A DNA stretch of 64,000 nt from Tricharina praecox. Its lineage: Eukaryota. The stretch spans positions 310,001 to 374,000 of the forward strand of contig NW_026250427.1 in NCBI RefSeq assembly GCF_024521635.1, given 5' to 3'. Both the position numbers and the translations under genes were made by a program. Shown piece by piece: positions 40,528 through 53,800 of this stretch; the stretch's first letter is position 1; each line of letters opens with the position of its first letter. Below the pieces are notes generated by a model that was not told the DNA's origin, made no database searches, and saw nothing but the letters and a program-made list of their open reading frames with translations.

Positions 40528-42800
40528 ATTGGCATCCTCGCTGAGTCGCTCACCGTTCTCGCTCGCCATTCTCCCTACTGGTTTGCCATAGTCTAGAATC
40601 TTGATAGGCTGCATACGAAATAAACTGAAGATCTCTCTGACTCTCTCTCACTCGCTATTCTCCCTCTCGCTCTGATCGTTCTCATTCACTGCCCTCCCTC
40701 CAGAACAGAGGTACGCCACATGATTTTTGTGATAGGTACGAATGGAAAGTCTGCTCACTTGTCTCGCTTGAGCACAAATACATGATTGGCCAAGATTATG
40801 GCTGTCTGGCGACGTTGTACGGCTGTTCTCAAGACTTGAGTTGATGTTACGTACTAGGTACGTTTCGTGGACATTACTCGCTCTCGGGAAAGACCTGCAT
40901 CCATAGGTCTGCTGCATACTACTATAAACGTGAGGACCGAATCCTGCACCGATTGTCAATCGAAAGTGGTGATACCTATGCCGAGGCGGCGTGTTGTGTT
41001 TATATACTGTAGTATAAACCCTCCTCCCCGAGCTCGTACATAGATGATAGTTAGATCTTTCTAATGACTGCTCAGATTCCGCCACCCGCAACCGCTCTTG
41101 CTCACAGATGCAGATGCTATGCGGCTTTCCCACCCCAGCTCTGGCGTTTTACTTGAAGTTGAATACAACGGGTGTTCTGGGTATCCTGTTCTTCGGGTGC
41201 TCATGGATGATGCGTAAGGTTCGGGAGGTTTTCAGTATCCTCTGCTCCTTCCAGGCTCTACTTCTCCGAACCATAAATTCTTCAGAGCCAAGTACGCATC
41301 CCACCTCCCACCTCGCACCCATCCCTCACCTGTCACCATTCAACTTTCAAGTTCCCACCCCTTCCCTCTCATCACCACTACTCCAATCTCCAATCCCCAA
41401 TCTCCAGCAGCCCCACCAACCACCAACCAGCAACAACCACCACCAACCACCAACAATCCCACGACCTCTCGTCTCGAGTCTCAAGTCTCGCATCCTAATT
41501 CCTTTTCCGTGCCCCACTGCATCTTCACCGGTTACGACTATCTGTCACATATATTCCAGGATCAGGTAAGTCCCTGCACACCGAGCCGTTCCGGAACGCA
41601 CCGAGATGTTCCGGAACGCACCGACTGCGACTGCGACTGCGACTACGTCTACGTACGGCCCTTTTAGGGTGCGTGGCTTGCGCACATTGTCGTCGTCGAT
41701 GGATCAACCCGCGGAGAGTTGGGCGACGGTGAACGGGGACCGGACTGTGTACAGTACCTACGGTATGGGACGGTACATAATAGCTTTTGGTTCCAACTTT
41801 CAACTTCATAACACTACCTACATTAGGTAGATAGGTATGACGTCCAAGCCGCAAGCGTTTGCAGCACGTGGACGGTGGTTTAGGTTTTGTTGGTACTATT
41901 TCATTCACATCCAATTCGAACCCACGAGTGACATCCCCACGACATCCCCATAGCTCCCATCGCCTCTTCCTCGTCTCTCCATCCCGCACCGGCAAGTATT
42001 CATATGATCTCAATCTATCATTCGATTCATCCTCATCTATTGGCGCCAAGTCGTCACAGTACAGCAGTACAAACATTAGTTCCCCCTTCCCCCCTCATCA
42101 CGGCCGCTGCAACACCACAAACCACAACTGAAATCTACAACTACATCCCCTCCCCTCCTCGGTCTCCATGAAAACACGGAAACACGGAAACACGGAAACA
42201 CGGAAACCAGTCCCTCAAGAAGGAAAGCAAGAAAAGAACGACAAGCAAGAAAAGAAAAAAGAATATTATCCCTCTCCCCTCCCGTCCCCATATCCCTAAT
42301 GGTATAGAAATGAAAGAAAGAAAGAAAAGAACGGCACAAAGAAACCCCCCATCCCCGGAGCAGAAAACTCGCGTTTGTACATGATTCCCATCATTCCAAC
42401 ATTAACCCCCACCTATCTTCCTCTCTCTCTGCCGCTATCAATTACTTCTATACGTACGAAAACGAACGAATGGAGGAACGAAAAAAAAACTGAAGAACAA
42501 AAAAAACAGTGGAATAATATTAACGCCCAGTCCATCCCCTATTTCCACATCATCCCATCCATCTCACACACACAGATGACAGGCAAGCAAGCAACCGCAC
42601 ACACACACATCGCACATCATCACACACACGCACACTGCAACCTGAACACCAATCCAACAGATTTGTAACGGGGTTTGGTCAAAAAAGACTGAAGAAAACG
42701 AAAACAAAAAACAAAAAACACCCCATCCCCAAAAAAAGACAGACGGAAAAAAGATCTCGTTTCCCCCAAAGTTTTGCCATGTACTCGTTCGCACTCAGCT

Positions 42801-44919
42801 CTACCGCAGGGTCAGATGAGCGTCGTTAACTCCGCGCTTGAGGACTTCTTCAAGGGGCCATCGGGGTGGCACGATCTTGAGGGTTCCTGCTTCGCGCATC
42901 TTGGCCTCCATATCCGGGGCGACATTAGGTGGGAGAGGGTATGCTCCGCCAGCGACACCACTCGAGAACTTCAGTTGCAGGACGTCGCCGACCTCGTCAC
43001 AGGCGGCGAGTAACCGGTCGAGATCTTCCTTGTTATGGGCGGCCGAAACACAGAACCTGGCTCGCGACGTGACCAATGGTGTAGCAGGGTATCCGACAAC
43101 GACGACAGCGATCTTGCGCCTCAACATCTCGTGGGAGAAGGCGGGCACCTTCGCGGGGTTGTACAGCATGATAGGGATGATAGGAGAATCGTCGTGGCCG
43201 TAAACGATGAAACCGAGTCTCTTCAAACCCAGGCGGAGATAACGAGAGTTGAAAGCGAGACGTTGGAGCCGTTCCTCACCCTGGCCGGGTACCAACTCAC
43301 CGGCGATGATGCGGAGGGAAGAAGAAATTTGGGTCAGGACGGGTGGCGGAGGCGCTTCACCGTAGATACTAGCAGAGTGCGAGACGCGAAGCTTGTCGAT
43401 GATGGCCTTTTCCGCAGCGATGTAACCACCGTTGGCTCCGAAAGACTTGGTCAGGGTTCCCATGAGGATGTCGACTTCCGCAGGATCGCAGCCAAAGTAA
43501 TCGCAGACTCCGCGTCCGTTAGGTCCCAGAGCACCAACCGAATGGGCCTCGTCGACGAAAAGATGGAACTTGTACTTGCGCTTGAGCTCTAGGATACCGG
43601 GCAGATTGCACATGGTTCCTTCCATAGAGTAGAGACCTTCGACGACAACCATAATCTTCTTCCACGGGCGGTGGCTTCTCGGCTGACCGAGCGCAATCTG
43701 CTCGCGTAACAGGGATTCCAAGCTTTTCATGTCGTTGTGCTTGAACGTTTGGATCACAGCACCCGAGAGTCGTACACCGAAACGGATGGATGCATGGTTG
43801 AGTTCGTCGGAAATTACCAAGCATCCCTTCCCAACAAATGCAGCGAAAGCGGTGGCATTGGTGGCATATCCCATCGAGAAGATCATCGCTGAGGGTTTAC
43901 CCATGAAGTTCGCGATCAGCTTTTCGACGTCCGTGGTGAGATCGAGAGTGCCCGCATCGAGTCTGCCGCTTGCGGACGACATTCCGTATTTCCTGATGGT
44001 ATCCTCGACGGCGTCGGCACAAGGTCCTTGCGATTGGGCGAATCCTAAGTAGTTGTACGAGCTCATGTTGAGGGTCTCAGTGTTGGTTCCGGTGAGCTTG
44101 AACGACACATTGTAGTCGTCGGACACACGGTCGAGCAGACTGATGAACCGTCCCGGGACACCAGTGAAGGGGCGTGCAAAGCAATCGTTGATACGAACTT
44201 TGAGGCGACGCACATAAAAGCTGTCGAAATCGTCGTTCAGAGGTGCATATCCCTATCATCAAAGAAAAAATGTCAGATTCGGTACCTCATCACGTGATAT
44301 CGAAGGGGGAATGACGACTAAGACAAGCTGATGCGTGTCATGCAGGAGATCGACAAACATTTTGCGTTTTCAGATGACTGTATTTCTTCTCCTTGAACCG
44401 CTTCCCGAACCAGTCCCGTACATGTCCGAAGATGATGAGAATTAAATAAGAAATGTAGGTGGTGACGAAATAGTATTGCGGCGGCTCATCCTCTATGGGA
44501 TTCACGACCGGCTGCCCCTTGGGATGGCGAGAGACATATTTGTGGCTGGGGTGCGTCAAAGGGCCGAACTGGGCGTGTTGCCGAGCAAGCTTGCGCGACT
44601 GCTCGGGAGACGGAGGGGAGAAGAGCATTGTGGTCGTCGCAGGAGCGGTGTCGAGCGACGTATCCGCAGTCGCCGTCGAAAGGGAGATGGTAGGGAGTGA
44701 CGGAGACGCCGATATCAAACGGGATTGCTCCTGAGCCGCGAGGAGGGCTTTGGAGGCCGTCAGGGCGGATTTCGGCGACGACGAGAAGAATTGAGCAATC
44801 TTCTTGGTTGCTGCAGTGCGCGAGGCCGAGGATGACGAGCGGGTTCGACCACCGCCGCTGGGGATGGGAATAGGGGTTGTCGAAGGTAGAGATGAGCTCG
44901 ATAGCGGATGAGGAGACAT
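42801..44919 (-). CDS. LCB2: Serine palmitoyltransferase subunit 2 (PLP-binding)
   Basis: Exons 44919-44359 and 44252-42801; intron GTTTGT..CTGAC..TAG. Motifs GYAPLNDDFDSFYVRRLK, LNMSSYNYLGFAQ, SDELNHASI, DEAHSVGA and the PLP lysine motif GTLTKSFG. Confidence 0.96.
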
Positions 44920-47583
44920 GCCGTGACGGGTTCTGGATCTGATGGATTTCTTTCTGTTCGATCGTTCAGAATTTCCGAGGGTTGTGCGAATCTCTGTCTC
45001 TGCACGCGAGAGTGCCGATGCTTTTTTCGAAGTTGAGCGGTCGGTTGTAGTGGAGAGCGGAACTCTATGGTTGAAGAGAGAGTTTTGAGGTTCTGTTGTG
45101 TCGATACGAGGCCGACGTATACGAGTGTGGCTGTGCGATCCAATTGATTATGGATGTTGTTATGTACTGCCGTAACTCTCTCTCTTGTTCTCTCACTCGT
45201 CTCTTCTCTTCTCTTCGCCGCACTCTATCCTTGGACCATCAATGATCACTCTTCCGAGCAGGTGAGAAGGAAGCTGCTATCGGAGGACCCACAGTCGAAA
45301 TCGGAGAGGGACGTCGACAGGAGAGAGGGAAGAATGCAGGTTCGCGCTGGCGATAGAGCACAATCACGGAAGGAAGGACGGACGGACGGGGTGGATAGAA
45401 GAGGGGAGTGGAGGGGAGTGGAGGGGAGTGGGAAGTAAAAAGAGAGCGAGCGAGACGCGCCACTTGTTTGGGTCGAGGAGGTGGAGGAAAGGGAATGAGC
45501 TCTATGGGGGTGGGATAGGGGGAGGAAAACGGCAGCGGTGTTGTGCTGTGTGTGTAATCAGTCCGTTCGGGGTTAAAGCGGGCCGGGCATCTTCCTGGCT
45601 TGTGCCTACGCCTACCTAATCAACACGACGAGCCAAGCCGCTCGCCCGTCACTCCCAACAGCCAGTGTTCGCCCAACAACTCCGCCCTTCAACGGCTAGA
45701 GGGAGCTGGGTGTTGGTGTATTTCACATGGAGACTGGTCGAGATAGCGCTGGCTAATGGCGACAGCGATCAGGGCGAAACCTTGTGCGAAGGTGGGAGAC
45801 AGGGAGAGACGACGGACCCGTGGCTGAACACGGCGACAGCGTGGATTCTGGAACGCGCCGTGGCGGAAGAAGCCTAGCGTGGAGATGTGCGCCAAGTCAT
45901 CCGATGCCGTTCGGATGAACGTTTTTACCGGCCCCGCGCAGCCGCGCTGGTGGGCTCGGAAGTGTTTCCAGTCAAGTCCATCATAGTTACCGTATGCGGC
46001 CCCTCCCCACGAGATATATTCGCCTTCATTTACAGCAGCCCTGTACTGCGACACAGCCGAAACGTTGCTTGGAGGAAGAGGGGCACCCAGCACCTTCCTC
46101 GGCACTCGAAGGTTTCACGCCAGATGTTTCTGTCGGACTTGCGGTGTTCCGTTCGGAGTCTGCATTCTCCGTGGTCTCCGTGGTTCCAGCTCCCTTGCAT
46201 CTTCGTCCCAGCACACCACCCCACCTCTTCGCCACTGGCCCGCTAATATTCGCAGCTAAGCGACACACAAAACCTCTTCGTGGTGAGAACTTTCGTTACA
46301 TACACACCTTACCTTGGAGTGTGCTCTTTGCTACCATCAGCTCGCTCGGGTAAGGCTGAACTCGCGACCAATCACCAAACTTTTGAGGTTGAGCTGCCAG
46401 CCACATGGCTGATGGCACACAACACATCATCGCCCCTTGTCTGACTCTGCGAGCGGGTTTCCTGCGCCCCTGCGTCTCTTCTTCTCGGCCAACAGCGATG
46501 TGCCTGTAGAGTATTGCGGATCGATATTGTGAATCGCATCCTCCACTGGCCACGGAAAAATCTTGGTTTGTTGAGCCAACTGCGTCTGCTGACCAGGCTG
46601 GTCACTGGTGTGGTGGGGTTCTCCGGTAAATTGCATCCAATAAATCGGTGTCTCCAGCTCTCGCTCAAACAAAAAGAAAACACTGCCATGTACAGCGGTT
46701 GCCGCCCCGAACCAGATACCAGTACCACCCCCACGGTGGGATGCAGAGGATGCAACGGCAACTTTTGCCTTGCATGATTCAGCCATATTTGCACGTGGGC
46801 GACTGGTAGGTATCCCGCTGAAGCTCTGTTGGCGATCGAGATCAAGATGGTCCACGCATAGGACTTATGGAGAGAGAGAAGATGGAGAGGAGGAGAGAAG
46901 GAGCGAGAAGGGAAGGTGAGAGATGAGAGGAGAGAGAAGGGGAGACAACCTCACTTGGAGTCTGAGCTCGAGGGTTTTCGAAGTGTGTCTGATGGGCATG
47001 CTGCATGCAGTCGAAGCAAGGTGAAGGGAGAGAAGGGCGAAGGCATGAAGTCGATAATACGATGACGTCTGTGCAAGCTATGTCTACATGGGAGGAAGAC
47101 GAAGGAACGGATTCCGTCCATGAGGCTTATCCTCGAGTGAGGCCTCTTATAGGTAGGTCCTCAAGGTTCATTTCTCCAGCGGAAGTTGGCTATAGATACC
47201 GTATTACAATGAGGTATCTACCAAAAGGCCTGTTAATATAATTCCGCTATTTCGCTGTTTGCGGTCCTTCGAACTGGATGGACCACAGCTGTGCCGGAGT
47301 CTTGGAAGGCTGACTACACGGCGCATCAGATCGCCACAAACGCCGCCTAACTAGCCCCGGGAACAGGGCTTGGGAAGTTGCCCATAATTTAGGCGAAGAA
47401 CGAGGGGCGGGTCGTTGTGTATCTTCTGCCTGCTGTGAGCTCTGTAAGAATTGACGGACAAGTTTCTGGCCGCCGTAGGAATTCGTATGTACAAAGTTTA
47501 ATCGGGTTGCGACGAAGACTACCAGTGACCCGACAGGTGTGCGTTTTCTTGGCTGTGCAACCTTTGAGAGCACTCACAAGCGA

Positions 47584-47643
47584 ACGCGTTCTCCCGTACA
47601 TATCCGTGTGTCCATCTAATTCGAAATTCAAATCTTTCGCGAA
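47584..47643. promoter_or_regulatory. MCB (ACGCGT) and SCB-like (TTTCGCG) elements upstream of TEL1
   Basis: ACGCGT 47584-47589 and TTTCGCGAA 47635-47643, 230-290 bp before the ATG. Confidence 0.4.
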
Positions 47644-47872
47644 CCCCACTACCTCACCTCATCTCACCTTACCATCTGGCCTCTGCTCGCCAGCGACCCC
47701 AAACTCGTGCGAACCCTCAGTCGGTCAAATCACATACAATCACTTGGTCAAAACCCATCTTTGTCCCGAGAGATCAGAACCGCGCAAGACCGTCGCACTG
47801 CGTTCACACATGTTGAACTGAGTGCTCGAGCTTCACGAACCTAAAACTCCGACGGAGAGCTCTACTGCCAGC

Positions 47873-50800
47873 ATGGTCTCTGAATATAAGCTCCTTGAGA
47901 TATGTGGTTCGCGCCCTCGGTCTTGATCCTCGAAGGCGGCTCTGCTGACCACTTTGGCAGACAAGATACAGGCGAACAAGATCAACGAGCGATTAGGCGG
48001 CCTCAATGGTAACCGCTGCTTTCCGCATGGGCTGGCGAGGGATGAGCGGATCTAACACTGTGTGCGTGTCCAGAGCTCAAGCAACTCTTCTCACGGGAGC
48101 AGACTCCCAAAAACCTCAACGACAAAGCATTCCACCGACTACTGGAGGCCATCTTCCGTGCCACGATCATCGAGCGGACCCTCTACATCAAGCAGTCCAA
48201 GACAGCTCGAGGAGCGTCGGGAACTCGTCTGACGCTATGCGGGTCCGTCCTGCGGTCGACGGTCGAACTGGGCCGCGAGCAGTTCAAGGTCAAAACTGTG
48301 CGCGCGGTCTATCGGCATATCATGGATACTCTGCCGGCGAATGAGGAACTCTGCGAGCCGATTAGCATAGACTACACCAAGTCTCTGCGGATGATACTTC
48401 AGTATGCGCCGCATACGGAGCATCTGATGGCTGAAGCATGGGAGGCTCTGGCTAAATATTGCTGTGATCACGTCAATAAACAGCTGGGCATAGTGGAAGA
48501 GGCGGATGGAGAGGAGGAGGAGGAGGAAGACGAAGCACGAGAGTTGGAAGTCCGGAGCTCGCGACGAGGCTCACGAGCTTCCGTGCCACGTGACTCACTG
48601 ACATCATCCTCAGGCAGGAGAAATCCCGCGGCACAAGCGTTTGAGTCCACCGGCCGGCTTCCTATGGCTTTCACAGCCAGACTCACCCACGTGAGCGAGG
48701 AGCTGTTGATGTGTCTTCAATACCTGCTCTCAGCACCCAATGCACCGATACTTCCCAATGTGCAAATGCTCTCCACTACACTGCTTGGGTTTCTGAAGTC
48801 GCAACAGACATCGACCCGCGCACATCAACACGTATTCTCGTCGATAAACCACGTGTTGAACGTTGTCACCGCGAATGATCTGGGGATAACAACCAAGATA
48901 TGCAACGACATCGTCCCTATCATCAGTCGGCTATGGGATACCAAGTCACCGGGTCTGCGGGATGAAATGATCGTTACATTCATGCACTGTCAACCTCATA
49001 TCAGAGTAGAGATCCGCGTCACTCCGAAAGAAAACCCTCTCAGGGTCGCTGTCGAAAATCTCTTCGAGTCCCTCTGCAGCGAGTACATCGCTCGGTCCGA
49101 TCGTGAAATCTTACAGCTTGACTATGTGGTCTTTCCCTCACCGGCCAGCGCATCCCATAGTACCAGCCCGCTCCGTCTGCGGGCTGTCGCACTGACCAAC
49201 ATCGACCATGATCCACGCTTAGAGCAGACCTGGATGGTACCAAGTCTCATCGCCACGATGGTGGAGATGCTTGATATCTCGGGCAGTACGAGTAAAAAGA
49301 CTGCCGACGGAGCCCCAAAGAGGCAAAGGATTTACGACCGCTCCGCGGAGATGATGAGATACGTGCGCTCCATGAATGCACCGCGGAAGTTCTTGGCCTT
49401 GCAGGTGATGTCGTTCCTGGCAGATATCAATGGTATCGACGAGGAGGAGTTTCCGTCAATCATACAGGATCTAAACGGAGCTTGCTCGGACGACAATCCC
49501 CTCATCATCGCTTGGGCTTTGATTGCGATCGGCAGGTAATTGTTCAGTCCGTGCATGTGTGATCCGGGGAACCTACTAACGACGTTCTGCAGTTGTGCCT
49601 TCCTGAGATGCGCACCGGAAGAGGTATACGCGCCGACCTGGCTTCAGGTATGGCGGCTATGTGCTCGCCATGCGACAAACCAATCCACCTGTCGAGTTGC
49701 ATGCCATATCATGCGGATCTTGATCAGCCGGGAGTTGATTGCATATCCCAGCATCTTGAAGGACGTGGACAACACGCTGCAAGCGATAGATATTAGTGGG
49801 CCGGCGATTCTTTGCGATTCGGCGTTGGCCCTGTGGTCGTTGATCCTCGAGAAGCGGAACTCAACTGTGCACACTGCCCAGTACCATGCAGGGGAGCGGC
49901 TGTTCCAGTGGTTCTGCTCGAAGTGGCGACCAGCTCAGGAAGGCCTGGACAAGAGTGGTGCTATTGTATATTCTCAGAATACCGCGGCAGTGAATGTCAT
50001 CAACTTTTTGTTGGTTTGCTGTGGCCTCGATCCTCTGAAAATCGATCCATACCCAATCCAAATCTGTGGTCCTATCGGCCAAGCTTGCATCCGGATCGCT
50101 CGATATCGCGGGCTCCACAATATGCTCCTGCATGTCGAAGAGAGCACCGACGATGCACAATTGGAAGGCTCCAGTTTCGGCCCCGGCAGCGCCGGCAAGC
50201 CGCATACCGACCTGCAAAAGCAGATGATCGCATTTCTGCTCCGGCAGATGGAGACGGTCGGCGACAAATGGGCCGAGATCTGCAGTCAAAAGCAGGGCGT
50301 CAACAGTGTCGTCATGCAGAACTTCGTTGGTACCATCCTTACGGCTAGTATTCTTTGCGCGAAGCTCTCGTACTCCAGCAGTGTTCTGGAAGAGAAATTG
50401 CGCGAATCAGTGTATGTCAGTTTAGGCGACTATCTGGTCAGCGACGAGTGCTCGCTGAAGCAGATTGATGGATTGCTCTTCGAGATTCAAGCCTTGCTCC
50501 CAAAAGCTTCGCGGATGGTCGGGTCGCCTGGTAGATTCGAGCACAATCTCGAGGGCGTCACGGCAAGCCTAATTGTTCAGATTTCCGACGTACTCGAAGG
50601 CAAGGAGAAAGCAGCAATTTCGTTTCGAGATTCGGGCGAGAAGGATGCAATGGACATCGATCATGACGACTTCGGCTTCCCTAGTGGTCGGATGGAGGAA
50701 GAGAAGAAGATTGGATTGCTTCGGGAAGACGTGGAGGCAGCATGCTCGGAGGAATCGTTCAGGTCCACAACGTCGGCGCAACTTGCACTTTGCTCGATGT

Positions 50801-53800
50801 TGCTCAAGAATCCGGAACAGCCGGAAGAAGTGTGTGGCCAGTTCGCTTCCTACCTCAAGGAGATCCCGACACACAAACTGGTCATGATACGCTCCTTCGT
50901 CAGAGATTTCGTGTTTGCGGCGAGTGACGTGCTACGCGACAACGACGCGGCTAATATCTGCGAACATATCGCGCACGAGCTTCTCGCACCGTACCTTCTG
51001 GAGAGGTGTGAGATCAGTTCACTACTCACAATGGACATCATAACTGCGCTGGCAAATAAGTGGAGCGTCGGCAGTGGACCGGCGGATATCACCGAGACTT
51101 GCGAACAAGTCTACGATCATGTCATCAAGACAGGGCTGGACAAGAAGGTCACTTCGCATGCGATACGAATCGGCATCGCGGATCTTCTGGAGCGGATTCT
51201 GCATGTTAATCCGAACTTTGGGAAAGATGATCCACAGCCTCCTTTGGAGTTGTTTATCGGCCTTCTCAAGGATTCGGACAGTCGCGTCATCTACTTTGTG
51301 TCGCAGAAGCTACATACCCTGTTTAAGATCTTTGGCGAGTCCGCTCATTTGAAGCTTACCGAAGATATCGAGGCGGCACTCCCTTCAGCCAAGGACTGGG
51401 TCGAAGGCTTGGCTATTCGAGTATATGCTCTGGGGCTTGTGGGGCTGGTCAGCTTGTCAAACATATCGCGGATCGTTTACAGGATCTTCGAGACCGGACA
51501 ACTGCCGCAAGCCTCGCTTTATGCAGCAAATTCATTGCTGACCATTGCCAAAGCTTTCGGATTTGAATCCCAACGCCAACTGTTCAAACTGTTTAGCGTT
51601 CAATTGCTTTATACCTGGACGGAGCACTACGAACTCGATAATTTTCCATCCGAGGTCTTTGGGTATGGATCTCTAACAGAGATGTGCGAGGATGTTCCCG
51701 ATGAACTCATCGCTCAGTTGTTGGTGAGGGACCGCGATGAACAGGCCGAGGCAGTGGCGCAGCGAAATGGGAAGTCGCTGAGTGAGTTGTTGGTCCCGTC
51801 TTTTGCCAAAGTCGTTGCGTACTGCATGGCGTGGGCTGTACGTTATCCGCCTCAAGCACCAGCGGAGGGAGAAGCACCAAGGCCGCCTCTGATCGCTCGG
51901 ATACGGGCTATACTGGGTGATGGACAGTACCGTACGCTTTTCATCACCCAGTTTCCACTTATCATCTCAAACCTATACGAGCTGATGCAGGAGGATGGAA
52001 CCTCGGAGAAACTCTTGTCCAGGGATGTAAAACTGGCCAATGTTGCCGCGGCCATGAAGGACCTCATTGCTGAGGGCTATTCGGAAAGGAAGTTGGCCCA
52101 TCAGCTTCCACCACGATTTAGTACTCGCGTCATCCTCAATACCATTCCTCATGCCTGCGATATCTGTGGTATCAACGACAGTAACGAGCTCTGGCACGCC
52201 TCTATGGTAACCTATATAGCGCGGAGGCTTTTCGATACATTGCATCCAGCCCGCGGGCCTGTGCATGCCTGTGGCGTCCTTCGGAACATCAGATTGTTGG
52301 TCTGCCTAGCGGGAAATACGGCTCACGAAGGATACCAGCTTCAGATGCTGATTCATGGACTGAAAACTTACATCGTGGATATCGCCTGCGCAGAGGATGT
52401 TGTTGGTATCATCCGGTATCTTTTGATCAAAGGTAACGGCTATCTGTCGAAGAAGCCTTCTTTCGTTATCGCCACCTTCCTTTCCATAATGGCAGACATC
52501 AAGGAGTTCATGCAGAAGAACTTCGACACGCTGGAAGAGCAGACTCGTACTACTCTCTCCGTCGTACGGAAGTTCCGGACATGGTTCGCAGATCACCTCT
52601 CAACGCTGGTGTTTACCAACCTTGACATGGAGCAAAATAGAGCATTCCAGGCGATGGTCCACTCGGCAGTGCAGTTCCGCCGCATCGGAAACGCAGAAAA
52701 GGACACCAAGGAGAGCGAGCTCATCCGGCTACTCCTTGACGACGACATGGCTGGTGATGCAAAGCTGATGGACGATGCCTCTCGAGAGTTGGCATTTTCG
52801 CTCTTCTGTGGCAACTTCCAGCGGCCCGGAGACTTCAGGGACGACATATTCGGCTCCGATCAGGTTTCGTTCGATCGGTCGAAATCTATGCTGGAAATTT
52901 GCAGACATTCGTCCGTCGGCGACGGGTTCCTGCTGTGGTCGGCGAGAGTCCTGGGACGTGCTTATGCTGCCACAGGACAGCTGCATAATGAATGGACGCA
53001 TGAGATGACGTTTGAGGATCCGAACAAAAACGTTTTGCCGAGGGCTAATGCCGTCATCAAAGATTATGATCTGACGGCAAGAATTGGAATTTTGCGGAGA
53101 CTCAGGGACTTGCTTTTCTCGAATGATAAAGTGGTTGCTGGAGTGGCGGAACGTGCCCTCTCACAGATAGTTCGGGAAGAGAGCCACCGTGGAGAATCCG
53201 ATACTTACTTGCACGTCTTGGAGAATCATGAATATAAAGCTCTCCAGATCTATGTGCCCGTTTCGGAAAACTTGACGCCCCAATCTCTAGCACCGTTCAG
53301 GAAGATCGAGACACCCGTCCCGGTGTGGCTCAAGGATTTGACAGTGGCCATGTGCACCAACATGCGCGAATCGCCGGTCATCAACGGCCTAATCCGAGTT
53401 CTCCGGGAAGTGAAAGGAGTAGCGGCAGAGCTGTTTCCCTGCATCACGCAGGTCCTGCTTGCTCGCGACCATCTGGCAAAGAAGGGATTGCGAGAAGATT
53501 TATCCAGCGTTTTCCGCGAGTGCTTCAAGAACCATACCGAAAAAACCGTTGCGCACAACACCGTTCTGATCAAAACCATTCTCTACCTCAGGTCGCGGCC
53601 GAGGGATGGAGAAACTACGGCTTCCGATAGAGACTTCTGGTTAGAAGTCGATTTCCTCGAGGCGGCGAAGGCGGCGTGCGCCTGCAAGATGTTTAAGACC
53701 GCTTTGCTGTTCACGGAGATTCATAATTTTCACACTAAGATGGACATTCCTCCGGAGTTGCTACTCGAGATCTTTCAGAATGTCGACGATCCCGATTCTT

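Noticed and set aside
41588..41617. Two GTTCCGGAAC palindromes resembling heat-shock elements
   Set aside because: They come from a simple ~19-bp tandem duplication between two gene 3' ends, not in a promoter.
45689..46855. Overlapping minus-strand ORFs between LCB2 and TEL1 behind a CT-rich tract
   Set aside because: I could not assemble a coherent gene or recognise a domain; it remains a possible relic.
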